From: Eledone cirrhosa
Taxonomy: Eukaryota
Assembly: GCA_964016885.1 (NCBI GenBank)
Contig: OZ024742.1
Span: forward strand, 13,578,001 to 13,642,000
DNA length: 64,000 nt
Direction of reading: 5' to 3'
Shown: in pieces, positions 16,708 to 30,848 of the stretch
Layout of the letters: the number at the start of each line of letters is the position of its first letter
Position numbering within the stretch: the stretch's first letter is position 1
Program-made: the position numbers and the translations under genes
The notes under the pieces: model-generated
Databases searched by the model: none
Told to the model about the DNA's origin: nothing
What the model saw: only the letters and a program-made list of their open reading frames with translations

Positions 16708-18168
16708 TTATCTCCAGTCTGTATTGGTTGGCCATTGGTGTAAGAGGGAGTTCGTTGCTGCTGCCCTTAAGTTTCCTTCGTGCCTTGCTGTGGGCTCATC
16801 CGGGATCCTGGATAACAAGGTGTCGAGTTGTTTCTTGAAGACAACCACATCCACACCATGCAGATCTCTCAGATCCCTCGGCAGCTTGTTGAAGTGTTGA
16901 GGGCCCTTGAACCCCAGGCTATTGCAATATCTGCTCCTTATTCTAGATGTGGAAGACGGGACCTTTTTCACCACACAGTGACGTCCTCTTCGGGGGTTGG
17001 TCCAGCTCCCAATGCCAAAGTTTGGTGCTACTCCTTCCAGGATTTTCCACATGTAGATCACTGCGTATCTCTCCCATCTTTGTTCCAAGGAGTAGAGGTT
17101 CAGTTCTGTCAGCCTCTCCCAGTAGCTTATCTCCTTCATCGTCGCAATCCTCTTGTTGTAGCTTCGCTGGATTGCCTGAAGCTTCGTGGTTAGTTTGACA
17201 CTATGGGGTGACCACAACTGGGAGCAATAGTCCAGGCGACTTAGGACGAATGTCCTCCATAGTATCAACATGGTGTCTCGGTCTCTTGTCCGGAAAATCC
17301 TCAATATCCTTGCAGCGAGTAGTCTGCACATTGTCGCCCCTTTCATGATGTGTGAGGAAAAAGATGTATCATCACTCATGTCTATACCCAGGTGCCGTAT
17401 TGATTTTGACACGGGGATATCGGTCCCTCCTGATGCTGCGTAATTGTGTTGTACTGTATTTGTGTTTGCAGGTTTGTATTGTAGGGCTTGGAACTTGCCA
17501 GCATTAAACTGCATGTTGTTTTCTTCCGCCCATTTGTATATGGCATCCAGATCTTGTTGTAAAAGGGCAGCGTCAGCCGGGTTTTTGATTGCCTGTACTA
17601 CCCTTGTGTCATCAGCATAGCTAGTGAGGGATGTTGTTGTATGTACTACAGAGGGCATGTCTGAGAGAGCCACCAAAACCAGTAGTGGTCCCAGGACTGT
17701 CCGTTGGGGCAACCCACTTGTTATTGATGTTTCCTTTAAGAGGGCCCCGTTTGCTGCAACTGTCTAGCTTCTGTCCTTTAAGAAGTCATGTAGTTTGTGA
17801 CATATCATTCCGTGGTCGACCTTGTCAAAAGCCTTCCCAAAGTCAAGATACATCACGTCCACATTTGAGCTGTCTAGCAGTTGTTTCAGTACCAAGTCGT
17901 AGTGATGTAGCAGCTGTGTAAGGCATCTTCTTCCTGGGTGGACTTCATGCTGCGTGCTAGTCAGGTGGTCATTTTCCTCGAGGAAAGTGATCAGTTTCTT
18001 TCTGACGACTCGCTTCATGACCTTACTGATATGCGACGTCAGGGAGACTGGACTATAGTTTTTGGCCTCCGCTCTACTACCTCCTTTATGGATAGTGCAT
18101 ATTGTGCCTTCTTTCAGCTCCCTGGGTAGTATACCGCTAGCCAAGGAGCTTCTGAAGAGCGTCTTCAA
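16708..18168 (-). pseudogene. LINE ORF2 reverse transcriptase domain, frameshifted and partly deleted
   Basis: Motifs KNYSPVSLTSHISK, YLDFGKAFDKVDH, PQRTVLGPLL, SYADDTRV, LGIDMS and SRLDYCSQLWSP in ORFs 17764..18168 and 16708..17712. Confidence 0.92.
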
Positions 18169-18594
18169 TGGAGTTGCTAAGGCCCGCTTACATGTTTTTA
18201 AGAGGACTGCTCCGAACCCATCAGGTCCAGCAGCTGAGTCTTCTCATTTCATCTATGGCGTATACCACATCCTCCTCCGTTAGGTCTATGTGGTTGATGG
18301 CCGCCATTTCTTCATGTAGTGTTGTGGCATCAAAGAACTCCTCTGGTTTTGTTATTTGCATGTGCCTCAGTGGACATGTGAACACACTTTTGTACTGTTC
18401 GTTCAGTATTTCCCATATCTCTTGGGGATTCTCGGTTAATGAACCGTCTGTATGGAAGAGTGGCCCAAACTTGCAGTGTACCGAGGCAGTTTATTTGCAA
18501 ATTTAAAGAAGGCCTTAGGGTTTGTTTTACTATTTTCTATGGCCCTGCTTTCTTTCTTTGCCCTCTCATTTTCATGGGAAAGTTTGAGTGCAAT

Positions 18595-19704
18595 CTAGGT
18601 GTCAAGTAGTGCACGTTTCAAATAGGATTCCTTCTTGTTTTTGTTTTCTTGTTGTGCATTTAACTGGTTTGAGAGCTTGGTTCTACTTCTCATAAGGATT
18701 TTCCTATCTCTGGGAATAAGATTTTTGTGTCTGTTTGTCTTTTTCTCCGGGACAGACTTTTTGCATATAGTGTGTATTGTTGTCATGAAGTGTTGAAATT
18801 GTGTGTTAGTGTCTTGTGTGGCGGTGTTTTCGCTCCATATTTGCTTCCGGATTTCTCTCTTGATCTTTTTCCAGTTAGCCTTGTAAAAGTTAAGGCTGGA
18901 TAACGTCCGGGTCCTTCTTGATGGTTTTGTCTCTGTTGGTTCTCTCGGACCACATATCATTAGTTCTACTAAGTTATTATCCGAGAAAATTGTTGGTGTC
19001 ACCTTTACATTGTGGATGAGCACTTCATTGTTTGTAAAACAGAGGTCCAGTACATTTTCGCCTCTTGTTGGGAGGAGTAATGCTTGTTCCATGAACAGCC
19101 TGTGTGTGAGGGCCAGCAGGGATTCCATCTGTCTCTGTTCTATTGACGTCATTCCAGGGATGAGGTGTCCCTCAGGCCATTTGACCTTTGGCAGGTTGAA
19201 GTCTCCCAGCAGTAGAATGTTGAGACCCTGCTCTAGTTTGTCAAGGACCTCTTCTATCCTACTGAGGCTATCCTCAAATTTACTCTCATGACTGGGGGCA
19301 TCGGGCGGCCGATATGTGACACATATTACTGTCTGTAGTTGCTTCATATGTACTATCAGTGTGTCACAGACTGAGTTTGAATGTGTCAAGAGTACAATTG
19401 GTGTGACATCTTCACGGATATACAGAGCAACCCCACCATGAGTTCTCTCCTTCCTGTCCGAACGAAATACAGTATATTTCGGTATATGTATTTCTGCATC
19501 TGCTATACTGCTTGTCAGGTGCGTTTCGGTTAGTGCCATGCATAATGCTTGATTGCTTATGGCTAAGTCTCCCAGGTAGGAAATTTTACTCATGTTAGTG
19601 AGTTTCACCAGGCCTTTGACATTCAGCAGCAGCACTGGTGTGACTTTTGGGGTGCCAACAATGTCTGTCGGTATGACACTTGGCCTGGTATCAGCGGCGG
19701 CCAC
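18595..19704 (-). pseudogene. LINE ORF2 APE-like endonuclease domain
   Basis: Motifs LLNVKGL, ALTETHL, HGGVALYI, YRPPD, LLGDFNLP, TRGENVLDLCF and SDNN (SDH-like). Confidence 0.92.
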
Positions 19705-19772
19705 TCTGGGTCCCTTAATTGTGGTGGTCTTGAGTGCTTGTGTGGGTGACTCTGGCTCTGAAAACGATGCAG

Positions 19773-20508
<736 letters not shown>

Positions 20509-20748
20509 TGTGTATATGTTTCATCAAGATACGTTAGTATTGTTTTCTGTTTCTCTCTTTCCAGTCCACTTAATTTAGTTGATGATGAGAAGAGGTTTCT
20601 GACCAGAAATCCCGATCATAAAATATTGCAGTCGGTTTCTCGTGATATAGAAGATGTAACCTGTTGTTGCGTTATAAAAATTACCGATCATTGACATATG
20701 CTAGCCACACACTCACACATATATATATATCCATATATATATATATAT

Positions 20749-20816
<68 letters not shown>

Positions 20817-21180
20817 ATATATATATATATCCATATATATATATATATATATATATTCATACATACATACATACATACATATATATATACACACACACAT
20901 ATATATATATATATATGCATACATAGTTATTGAAACAGTCAGTACATTTTACTTTTAACCCTGTATTTTCCGTTTGCTTCAAGTTAAATTTGTCAAACCA
21001 ACGTCGTATCTCAACCCTCTTAATTTTAAACACACAATTTACTGTGTTTATTACTACGTATGTTATTATACATATACATATACATATACATATGTATATA
21101 TATATGTGTCTATGTATGTATACATGTGTATGTATGTTTGTGTATGTTTAATTATATTTCTCTTTCTCATTTTATGCATG

Positions 21181-21398
21181 TGTCGTGGATTGACGGTAAT
21201 CGTTAGAGCGTTGGGCAACATGCTTTGCGTCACAGAGTTACACCCCTTTATATTCTGTGTTCAAATACAGTCAGGGTCAGCTTAATTTTCTTCCTGTGGG
21301 TGTTCGTCGATAAACTAATTATCGCTAACTCACTGGTTTCAATTTAATCGACTCTTCCTCCCCCAAATTGTTGGCCTGTGCCTAAATCAGAAACAATT
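21181..21398 (+). mobile_element. tRNA-derived SINE (Deu/Nin-domain-like family), degenerate
   Basis: B-box-like GTTCAAAT and tail GGCCTGTGCCTAAATCAGAAACAATT shared with other copies in the window. Confidence 0.7.
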
Positions 21399-21454
21399 GC
21401 TGCTTGTCTCTTGTCGAGGAAAGCTGACTGTCCACACTATGGAACAGTGGAACA

Positions 21455-21583
21455 TAACAACAGCAACAACTACTAAATACTACTACTACTACTACTTCTA
21501 CTGCTGCAGCTACTTCTACTACTGCTGCTGCTGCTGCTCTGCTACTACTACTACTACTACTACTACTGCTACTGCTGTTGCTA

Positions 21584-21618
<35 letters not shown>

Positions 21619-21640
21619 ACTACTACTACTGCTACTGCTG

Positions 21641-21690
<50 letters not shown>

Positions 21691-21727
21691 GCTGCTGCTG
21701 CTACTACTACTACTACTGCTACTGCTG

Positions 21728-21783
<56 letters not shown>

Positions 21784-21813
21784 ACTAATACTACTGCTGC
21801 TGCTACTACTACT
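21455..21813. repeat. (ACT)n/(GCT)n trinucleotide tract
   Basis: Directly visible. Confidence 0.95.
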
Positions 21814-21965
21814 ACATGTCCTTCTTTATAATTGTCTTTAGTATCGCTCGCTTTTCCCCCTCCATATCACATAAATCCTGTCACTATGTAACCACGACAT
21901 AAATATATCAAATACCTCTATGAATATATACTGTATATATATATATATATTATATATGTATATAC

Positions 21966-22009
<44 letters not shown>

Positions 22010-22023
22010 TATATTATATATAT

Positions 22024-22073
<50 letters not shown>

Positions 22074-22092
22074 ATTTATATATATGTATATG

Positions 22093-22190
<98 letters not shown>

Positions 22191-22927
22191 ATATATATAT
22201 AATATATATATATATACGTATATGTGTATATATATATAATTATGTATATGCATACATATAGTGTAGCTTTATCAATCAACTGAGGCCTAATCCGCTCAAT
22301 AATTCAACATCAGCGAAGATTATTTATGAATCAGAGATTTCCGTGGATTCTTTAGCAACTGGCTGCAGAATTATAACTTCATTTTCTTTCTCCTCCTCTC
22401 AGTATGCCCCATCTTTCAATGATAGCTTCAAGTGATATTGTAAGACTTCAATATGGAAACTGCAACTATATAAAGTAGAACGTCGCATCGAATGCTTTAG
22501 GGTATTCCTTTCAACTCTCTGCTCTCTCAGTTTAATCACGCCAACTTCACCTTTGCCTTGCCTTCACCTTTTCATGGTTGATAAAATAAGGACCAGCACA
22601 AGACTGAAGGCGATCCTTCCCCTATATCTCTTTCTCACTTTATTTCTCTTCCTTTCTATATCCTTCTCTGGAAGAGATCTGCTGTACTCAGTTCTGGAGA
22701 GATGGTCTCCACCAGGCATAAAATAGCCAGAAATGCCGTATGTATTTACGGCGCCTATACGGTTGTTTAGAAGCTAAACCAATGTGATGATTTATTACCT
22801 TATTTCTTTCTTTATAGACTTCCGTTTTTTGCCTATTTAGAAGATGATTTAATCTTATTTCTCTTATGTAATGGCCTCTTCCTGGTAATATATTTTCACT
22901 ATTTGTCGAGTAATAATATTTTCTGAT

Positions 22928-23123
22928 TAAGGCACAAGGCCAACAATTTTAGGAGGAGAAGGAAACTGATTAGATCGAACCCAGTACTTGACTAATAAAT
23001 AAACTTATTGAACTGGGACAGATGAGAGAAAAGTTGACCTCGATAGGATTTGGATTCAGAACGTATAAATGTGTAAATGCACCACGCACCAATCCGATGC
23101 GCTACCGATTCTACCAATCCACC
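22928..23123 (-). mobile_element. tRNA-derived SINE, same family, degenerate
   Basis: AGGCACAAGGCC...AAAGTTGACCTCG...GGATTTGGATTCAGAACGT is the reverse complement of the family consensus. Confidence 0.7.
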
Positions 23124-24100
23124 TCTATCTGTTAGGAAACAATAACAATATAATAATCACAAGCCTTCACTACATACAAAACGTTTTACTTATAACTCCA
23201 TTGATAAGATTTTGACGGGACATAATGCATTTTTCATCTGTGTTTTAGGTATCCTAAAGGTATATTGCAGAGAATATTTTCATGAAAGCACTATAACAGA
23301 AATGCAAGAATCACTTAGAGTGTTATGTCATTCAAATATCACATATGGCTTCTTTCTTAATTACAGAAATTATCCTTGTCGTTGTGAACAAATGGCATGT
23401 TGTTTTCTCGTGCTGCTATCTTCACAGCTACTTTACGGAGAGAAAACTACATGTATTTCCTCAGATGCAAAAGAAACAGAACAAATAAAAAAAATAAAAA
23501 AAGCAATCAGTTAATCTTACAACGTTCCTCAGCTATCTTTACTCTCTCAAATTGTAAAAAATCATATTTTAAAGAGACAAAATATATAACAAATAACACA
23601 AATGTTATCATCTTCGCCATCATCACTGACAATATCAACAACAGCAAAAATATACATAACAATAGCTGAAGCAATAGCAGCAACAATCTCCAAGCTAGCA
23701 ACAGCGCACATGACAAATAACAGTATATTCCCACTAATCCGGTAGCAAACCTTTGATTTGGATTCCATTTGCAGTGGATTATGTATTCTAATCTGCAATA
23801 AACCAACTGGAAAATCACTATTAAAGAAGTAGTTATCTGAAGATATACTGATAATATAAATAATTGTAACAACATGGACAGAAACAACAGCAGAGTATAT
23901 AAATTGATAAAAGATGGAAAGGGAAATACTAGCAGTAACAGTAATTGTAAGGGAATCATACATGAAAGACGCCAAAATCTGAACACAATGGCAAACAATT
24001 AGGTACAAAGATATGGAAAAGGGTAATATACATACATATATGTATATAGATTGATAGATATATGTACCTATACACACACACACACACACACACAGACACA

Positions 24101-24160
<60 letters not shown>

Positions 24161-24180
24161 CGTGTGTATGTGTGTATGTG

Positions 24181-24242
<62 letters not shown>

Positions 24243-26331
24243 CGGGATAACAAATTATTGTTATAGGTAGTCCAGTTAGGGTACTCCGAGTAGTGGATAG
24301 TATTAACGCTTGGTTAAGTTTGACTCAACAAGACGTTTCCATAGTGATGCTGAGAGTACGCGGTGATTTCTATGTAGTTTACACTTGGAGTAATAATAAA
24401 TCAAGAAAGAAGAGTGACATGGTTTGCTATACAATAAGGGCTTTATTCACATTGCTGACAATTGTTTCTCTGAACTGGTAGGTCTAGAGATCGCCGGTTT
24501 CTGCGTCAATCGATCACCAATACTTTGTTATAACCAGTCTATTCATCAGAGCATGCGAGAATGAAGGCATGGCTTCTATATATAGTAGTGGCATTCAATC
24601 AGAACAATAATAACAATAGTAAAGGCAGACAAAACATCAAACGTATATTCTATGGACCTGAACACATACAATAATTTCATTCAGCGTGAACTACACAAAA
24701 AATACCAAAACAAAACAAATGAATCCACACTCACCAGCATTAATAAAGAGGGTCTTAGGATAGTAAATAAACTCAGAATATCCGATAGAACCGAGCATCT
24801 AACCCCATGCAACCCCACATTTAACCTTAAGGATTACAAAAATAATTTTGAAGCAAATCCTACTATTAGATTAATATGCCCATCTAAATCAGATATAGGT
24901 AAAATAAGCAAGAATATTCTAGATAGGGTAATCGCACAAATATAGGGAAAACTAGAAATCAATTTATGGGGTAACACTAACGAAGCGATTGAATGGTTCA
25001 GTAAAATAGGAAATATAGAAACATGTAACTTCATACAATTCGATATAAACGATTACTACGCATCCATATCCCCAACCACCCTAGATAAAGCGCTTATATT
25101 TGCCCAAAATAACTTCGCTCTTAACCCTGATGAAATTGAAATAATACTAGCTGCTAGAAGGACTATCATAAAATTTGAAAATAGCTATTGGGTAAGAAAA
25201 GATAGGATGGGGTTATTTATAGCACACAACCTACATAAAGAATTTAGTAACTTCCAAGGAGGGATTTATAGAGATGATGACACGCTCCTTATAGCTAGGA
25301 ACTTAAATAACCAGAGCATGGAAAGATTAAGAAAAAACATTAGAACATTCTTAAAAAAACTAGGCCTAAGTATTACCTACGAACTGAATCATAAAAAGAC
25401 AAACTTTCTAGACGTAACTCTAAATCTAAATACGGGATTAATAGAACCCTTCCACAAAATAATGAAAATCTGGCCTACATTAGTTATAACTCAAACCACC
25501 CCCGATCCATAATCAGATCCATAGCACGTAGTATATCCCTTATAATATCCCGCTTATCCTCAAACCTAAAAATGTTTAATGAGCATGCTAACTATTTAAC
25601 TATTATAACGCGGCATTACATAGGGCCGGACAAAGAAAAGGTATAACGGATAAGGACAACACAAACAAACCCACTAACACTTACACCAACCGCTCACACA
25701 AAATTAAAGGTAACGGGACTAGACATAGAAGTAGGCAAGTAGCACCTAGAGTAGATGGTCCAAACACGAATAATGTAAACCCTAGAAACTATAGAAGAAT
25801 TAGAGAAGGAAAATACCTGTGGCTTAATCCAGTCTTCAACTCCTCTGTAAGAACTAAACTGCCTTCAACGTTTTTTAAACTAATAGATAAGTACTTCCCT
25901 ATATCGCATAGATATCATAAAATCCTCAATAGAAAAACTATAAAACTCTCATACTCTACGGCTGCAAATATAGAATCCCACATACGCAAGATCAACCACA
26001 GAAATACCTCTAGGGAAACCACCCCACCTATATGCAACATAGCACCAAATTCTAAACATAAACACATCACTGTATCACAACCGCGCGCCGCAACAAAACC
26101 TCAACGAGCATGAATCACAACCCACTTATAGCAGTGTACAAAACAGCAATGTGGAAACTGCACGGAATAACACCTCAAACTGCAATTGTCACCTACCAGA
26201 TAGGTGCCCATTGGCGAACAGGTGCCTTGATTCGAGCCTAGTGTACGTGTGTACAGTGAACTCGGGCAACTCCACCTGGCATTACATTGGATCCACCGTC
26301 GGTACATTTAAAAAAAGATGGTATGTGCACA
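24243..26331 (+). mobile_element. 5'-truncated Penelope-like element (Naiad-like) with an inverted HHR-containing pLTR upstream
   Basis: From about 24600, fragments VKADKTSN, RLICPSKSDIGKISK, IQFDINDYYASI, GIYRDD and FLDVTLNL, then GIY-YIG CNC..CPL..RCL..LVYVCTV..YIGSTVGTFKKRW. The clade assignment is inference. Confidence 0.88.
24453..24553 (-). ncRNA. Type I hammerhead motif in the inverted pLTR
   Basis: Reverse complement: TGCT-CTGATGA-[..ACTGGT...ACCAGT..]-GAAA-CAATTG-TC-AGCA. GUC site; the base of stem II is degenerate. Confidence 0.6.
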
Positions 26332-26334
26332 GAC

Positions 26335-26580
26335 ATGTTGGTGTAGTTGTTGTTATTTTTGTGGTCTCTGTTGGTGCTGTTGTTGTTGTTGTAGCTGCTT
26401 ATCTGGGGTTTATAGATCATGTTCTAGTTGTTATAGTTGTGGTCTCTGTTGGTGCTGTTGTTGTTGTAGTTGCTTTGTGGGGTTTATAGATGCTGTTGTA
26501 GTTGTTATTGCTGTGGTCTCTGTTGGTGATATTTTTGGTATTCCTGCTGTCCCTGATGTTTGTGATGATACTGCTGCACA
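26335..26580. repeat. GTT-rich degenerate repeat (~75-80-bp unit, about 3 copies) truncating the PLE
   Basis: GTGGTCTCTGTTGGTG recurs at about 26361, 26439 and 26513. Confidence 0.7.
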
Positions 26581-27276
26581 TGTGACATACTGCCGTGTCG
26601 CTTTGTGGAGGCCACGAATCTCATATTTATTGTGGAGTGATAGTGGGAAAGGGGTATCTTAGATGGGTTAAAGATCCACAATTAGGGCATTTTAGATAAT
26701 TACCTTCAATGATTACCCTAAGCTCGACCTCGTTGTGCAGCTTTATAATATCTGGTATTTGTTCATTGTTTTTTCGTCCATTATCATTATTTTTTCAATT
26801 GAGGGGCGTGTTTGTTAAAAGGAAACACAAATTTATACCTTAAGGGCTACAGATAAGACGGTGCTTGGTTGAGCCATAAAACTATATATAATGTGGTGAC
26901 AAAAATGATTTACAAACACGAAAACAAACAATAAACTTACTCCATCGATTTGTACCACATCTCGAGAGACTCAATAAGGAGTGGGAGAAGAAGGAGAAGA
27001 ATAAGAAGAAGTAGTAGAATAAGAAGAAGCGGTTTATAAGAATAACTGTAGCGGTGGTTAAAATAATTATGACACTAATATTTTTTTTATTATTAATAAT
27101 AATATTCATGATAATGATAATAATAATAGTATAAATATAAATATAAATGTTGCATAAGAAATGAACAATGTAAAGTGAGGCAGAAAAATAACATTTGGAA
27201 GCAAGGGAGAAAAAGAAATAAACTTAAGAGAAACGTCATTAACGGGCTCTCACATGCAAATAAAAGATAGAAGATA

Positions 27277-27326
<50 letters not shown>

Positions 27327-27470
27327 GTAATAGTAATAATAAAACAACTGGAAAAGGGGGAGCGGAAGAATGGCAAATATGGAAGAAAAAATATTAAAAA
27401 AATGTTTCTGGACGAAAAAAATCAAAGGAAACAAGAAAACTTAATGGTGGAGAAATGGAAGAAGAAAATA

Positions 27471-27551
<81 letters not shown>

Positions 27552-27595
27552 GTATATTTGTATATATGTAAATATATATATATAATAACACACAA

Positions 27596-27656
<61 letters not shown>

Positions 27657-28033
27657 AAAGGGAGAGGGATGTAGTGTATGTAAAATCAATAGTCGGCGAT
27701 ACGTTATGGTATGTCCCTTAAGGATACGCTCCTAAAGTAGGCACTCAGAAAGACATAAACAGTAACAATTTGGAAAGTAAACATGAGAGAAAAATATGCT
27801 AAAAGGGGGGGGGGGAGATAAACAGTAATGGGAGAGGCGAGTATGTAGTAGAAGAAGAAGAAAATAAATATGAATATATATGAATATGTATCTATATATA
27901 TGTATATATATGTATATATGTATATATATATGTATACATATATGTATTTATGTGAATATAGATATGTGTACATATATATATATATATATACACATGTATA
28001 TATATATGAATATATATATATGTATATATATGG

Positions 28034-28069
<36 letters not shown>

Positions 28070-28070
<1 letters not shown>

Positions 28071-28266
28071 CGAAGGAATTGTGGTAAGGAACGAGATAGA
28101 CCATAACGCACCGGAGTACTCAATACTTAGGGTAGTAGAGTGGGAAATAGGAAAAAGTATGACCCCGACGGCAGATCTCAAGACGTTTCGACGGCTGTTT
28201 CTGTAAATAGTCCAGAAATTGCCGTCGAAACGGCTTGAGCTCTGCCGTCGGGGTCATACTTTTTCC

Positions 28267-28269
<3 letters not shown>
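28070..28269. mobile_element. Short hairpin-ended repeat (probable PLE pLTR derivative), copy 1
   Basis: Palindrome at 28147-28269. Homologous to 29441-29624 and to 42838-42893 (reverse). Flanked by (TA)n. Confidence 0.6.
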
Positions 28270-28301
<32 letters not shown>

Positions 28302-28642
28302 ATGTATGTTTATATGTGTGTGTACACCCCCTTTTTATATGTGTGCATGAGTATTTGTGTGTACATATTCGAGTGCATATATAAATATAATATTTATGTT
28401 CCTGTTCGTATTTCTATGTAGACGCAAGTACGCTTATGTGAGAAAGTTATATGTCTACGTACTATTACGTATATGTGCGTAGTTAAGTATGTGTATGTTT
28501 ATGTTCTGGATATTTATTTATATATATATTTTTTATATTTTTTTCCCCTATTTCCTTTTTGCCCGTTTTATTTTCACCCTCACTTTCATATTTCCTAATT
28601 TTGTTTTCATATCCATATTTAATAAAAACACCATATTATTTA

Positions 28643-28703
28643 TTCATTCCGACGATTGAAGACAGACATAACATCTGCTTTCAAGAAACCACTGGTAAAT
28701 GAA
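28643..28703 (+). ncRNA. Degenerate type I hammerhead motif
   Basis: TTCATT-CCGACGA-TTGAAG...CTTTCAA-GAAA-CCACTGG-TA-AATGAA. The core has U4 changed to C. Confidence 0.5.
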
Positions 28704-28797
28704 ATAATTATCTTATGTTGTTTATTACATAACTAATAAGCTCTGTAGCCTACATAGAGCACTCTTTTTTCCTGTACCTTTCCGACGAAAAGACTTC

Positions 28798-28882
<85 letters not shown>

Positions 28883-28889
28883 TATATAT

Positions 28890-28940
<51 letters not shown>

Positions 28941-28944
<4 letters not shown>

Positions 28945-29327
28945 TATGTATGTATACGTACATACATATATGTATACAGACGTACAGTAGCATGTATATA
29001 TACATACAGGCACACATATATATATGCACGTATCAGTTTACCGAACATTTATTATAATGCTCGGTTTGTTTGTTTGTAAACAAACAAACAGCCTGAATTA
29101 CGCCGTACAGTGTTCAGGCAACCACGTCACCTTTTTGTTCAACACTGACACAGGAACGATGTACTAGTTTCAAGCTGTTTGTTTGTTTACAGACGAACAA
29201 ACCGAGCATTATAATAAATGTTCTGTAAACTGATACGTGCATATATATATGTGTGCCTGTATGTATATATATACATGCTACTGTACGTCTGTATACATAT
29301 ATGTATGTACGTATACATACATACTTA
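28941..29327. repeat. Inverted repeat, ~155-bp arms with ~75-bp spacer
   Basis: TAAGTATGTATGTATACG...AAACAAACAAACAGC mirrored by GCTGTTTGTTTGTTT...CGTATACATACATACTTA, with a few mismatches. Confidence 0.9.
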
Positions 29328-29384
29328 CATTTAAGTAAGTGCCATACTAAGAGTGAGAAATGAAATTTCGTTTCATTCTATTCC

Positions 29385-29747
<363 letters not shown>

Positions 29748-29834
29748 TATATATATTGTGTATATATATATATATATATGAATATATATATGTATGAATA
29801 TATATATATATATGTATTGTATGCATAAATATAT

Positions 29835-29886
<52 letters not shown>

Positions 29887-30179
29887 TATACAGTGTAATT
29901 GTTACCACCATCCCTTCTAACAAAGATTTTACTTCAACAGAATTGTCTTATCCTTTTTTTTTTTGTTGCTGTTATTCTGTGTTGTTTTCTCAATATTCCG
30001 ACATCAAATGCCATCAAATGGCGTATTTTTCTTATATTTTATGAGGGGTTTTCATACTCATGCTCTATTATCATACTAGCTTCTAATGTTACCTGTGTTT
30101 CCTGCATTTCTTTTTAACATCTTCACGTGTATACGTAAGAGTTAGACATAAATATACATATATATATGTACACACACAT

Positions 30180-30220
<41 letters not shown>

Positions 30221-30729
30221 ATGGCTGATAGAGAAAGAAAATAACGAGAGGTACACAATGGGTTATATATATATAGTTTGTGCGTACGTTTGAGTGTTTA
30301 TATGTGTTTGTTTATGTGTGTATGAGTGTGTGTGCGTTTGTATATCTGTGTGTGTTTATCTAGCTCCTTCACATTTAGATTTCTGTGTGCATTTGTGTGG
30401 ATGTAAGTAGGAATTTGCATTCCTACCTTTATCTATGTAATAATACAATAGAGATATATGTATTTGAACGGAAAGAAAGTATTCTTCCTTCACATTTCAC
30501 GTATATGCCTTCTTCTGTCTACTTACATGTATCCGTCGACGCTTACCTGCTGTGTGTTTTTGTATATTATGTTACATAACTTACACACACGCCTCACACA
30601 ATCAAGTATATATACGTATATATGTATATATATATATATATCGACTTTCGTCAAATCGGACCGAGGAAACGACGTTTCCGTTGGTCTTTCCAATTACTAA
30701 TACTCTCTATCGGTCGCAATTCCAGGTAG

Positions 30730-30848
30730 AAGGAGCAACGTTAAATTATATTTATTGCTGAAGGACATAACACATCGCCCGGTCTGGGAATCGAACTCAC
30801 AACCTCACGATTGCAAATCTAATTCTCTTAACACTCAGCCACGCGCCT
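30730..30848 (-). mobile_element. tRNA-derived CORE-like SINE fragment
   Basis: Reverse complement GGCGCGTGGCTGAGTG...GAGTTCGATTCCCAGAC (A and B boxes), followed by GTGTTATGTCCTTCAGCAA. Confidence 0.6.

Noticed and set aside
20580-20630. TGATGA followed by hairpin GGTTTCTG/CAGAAATC
   Set aside because: No GAAA-palindrome-UH or stem I closure.
22660-22775. Hammerhead-like CTGGAAGA…GAAATGCCG with local hairpins
   Set aside because: The core and stem I do not fit. At best a heavily decayed remnant.
30640-30692. Hairpin GACCGAGGAAAC/GTTTCCGTTGGTC with adjacent GAAA on the minus strand
   Set aside because: No CTGANGA, so it cannot be called a ribozyme.
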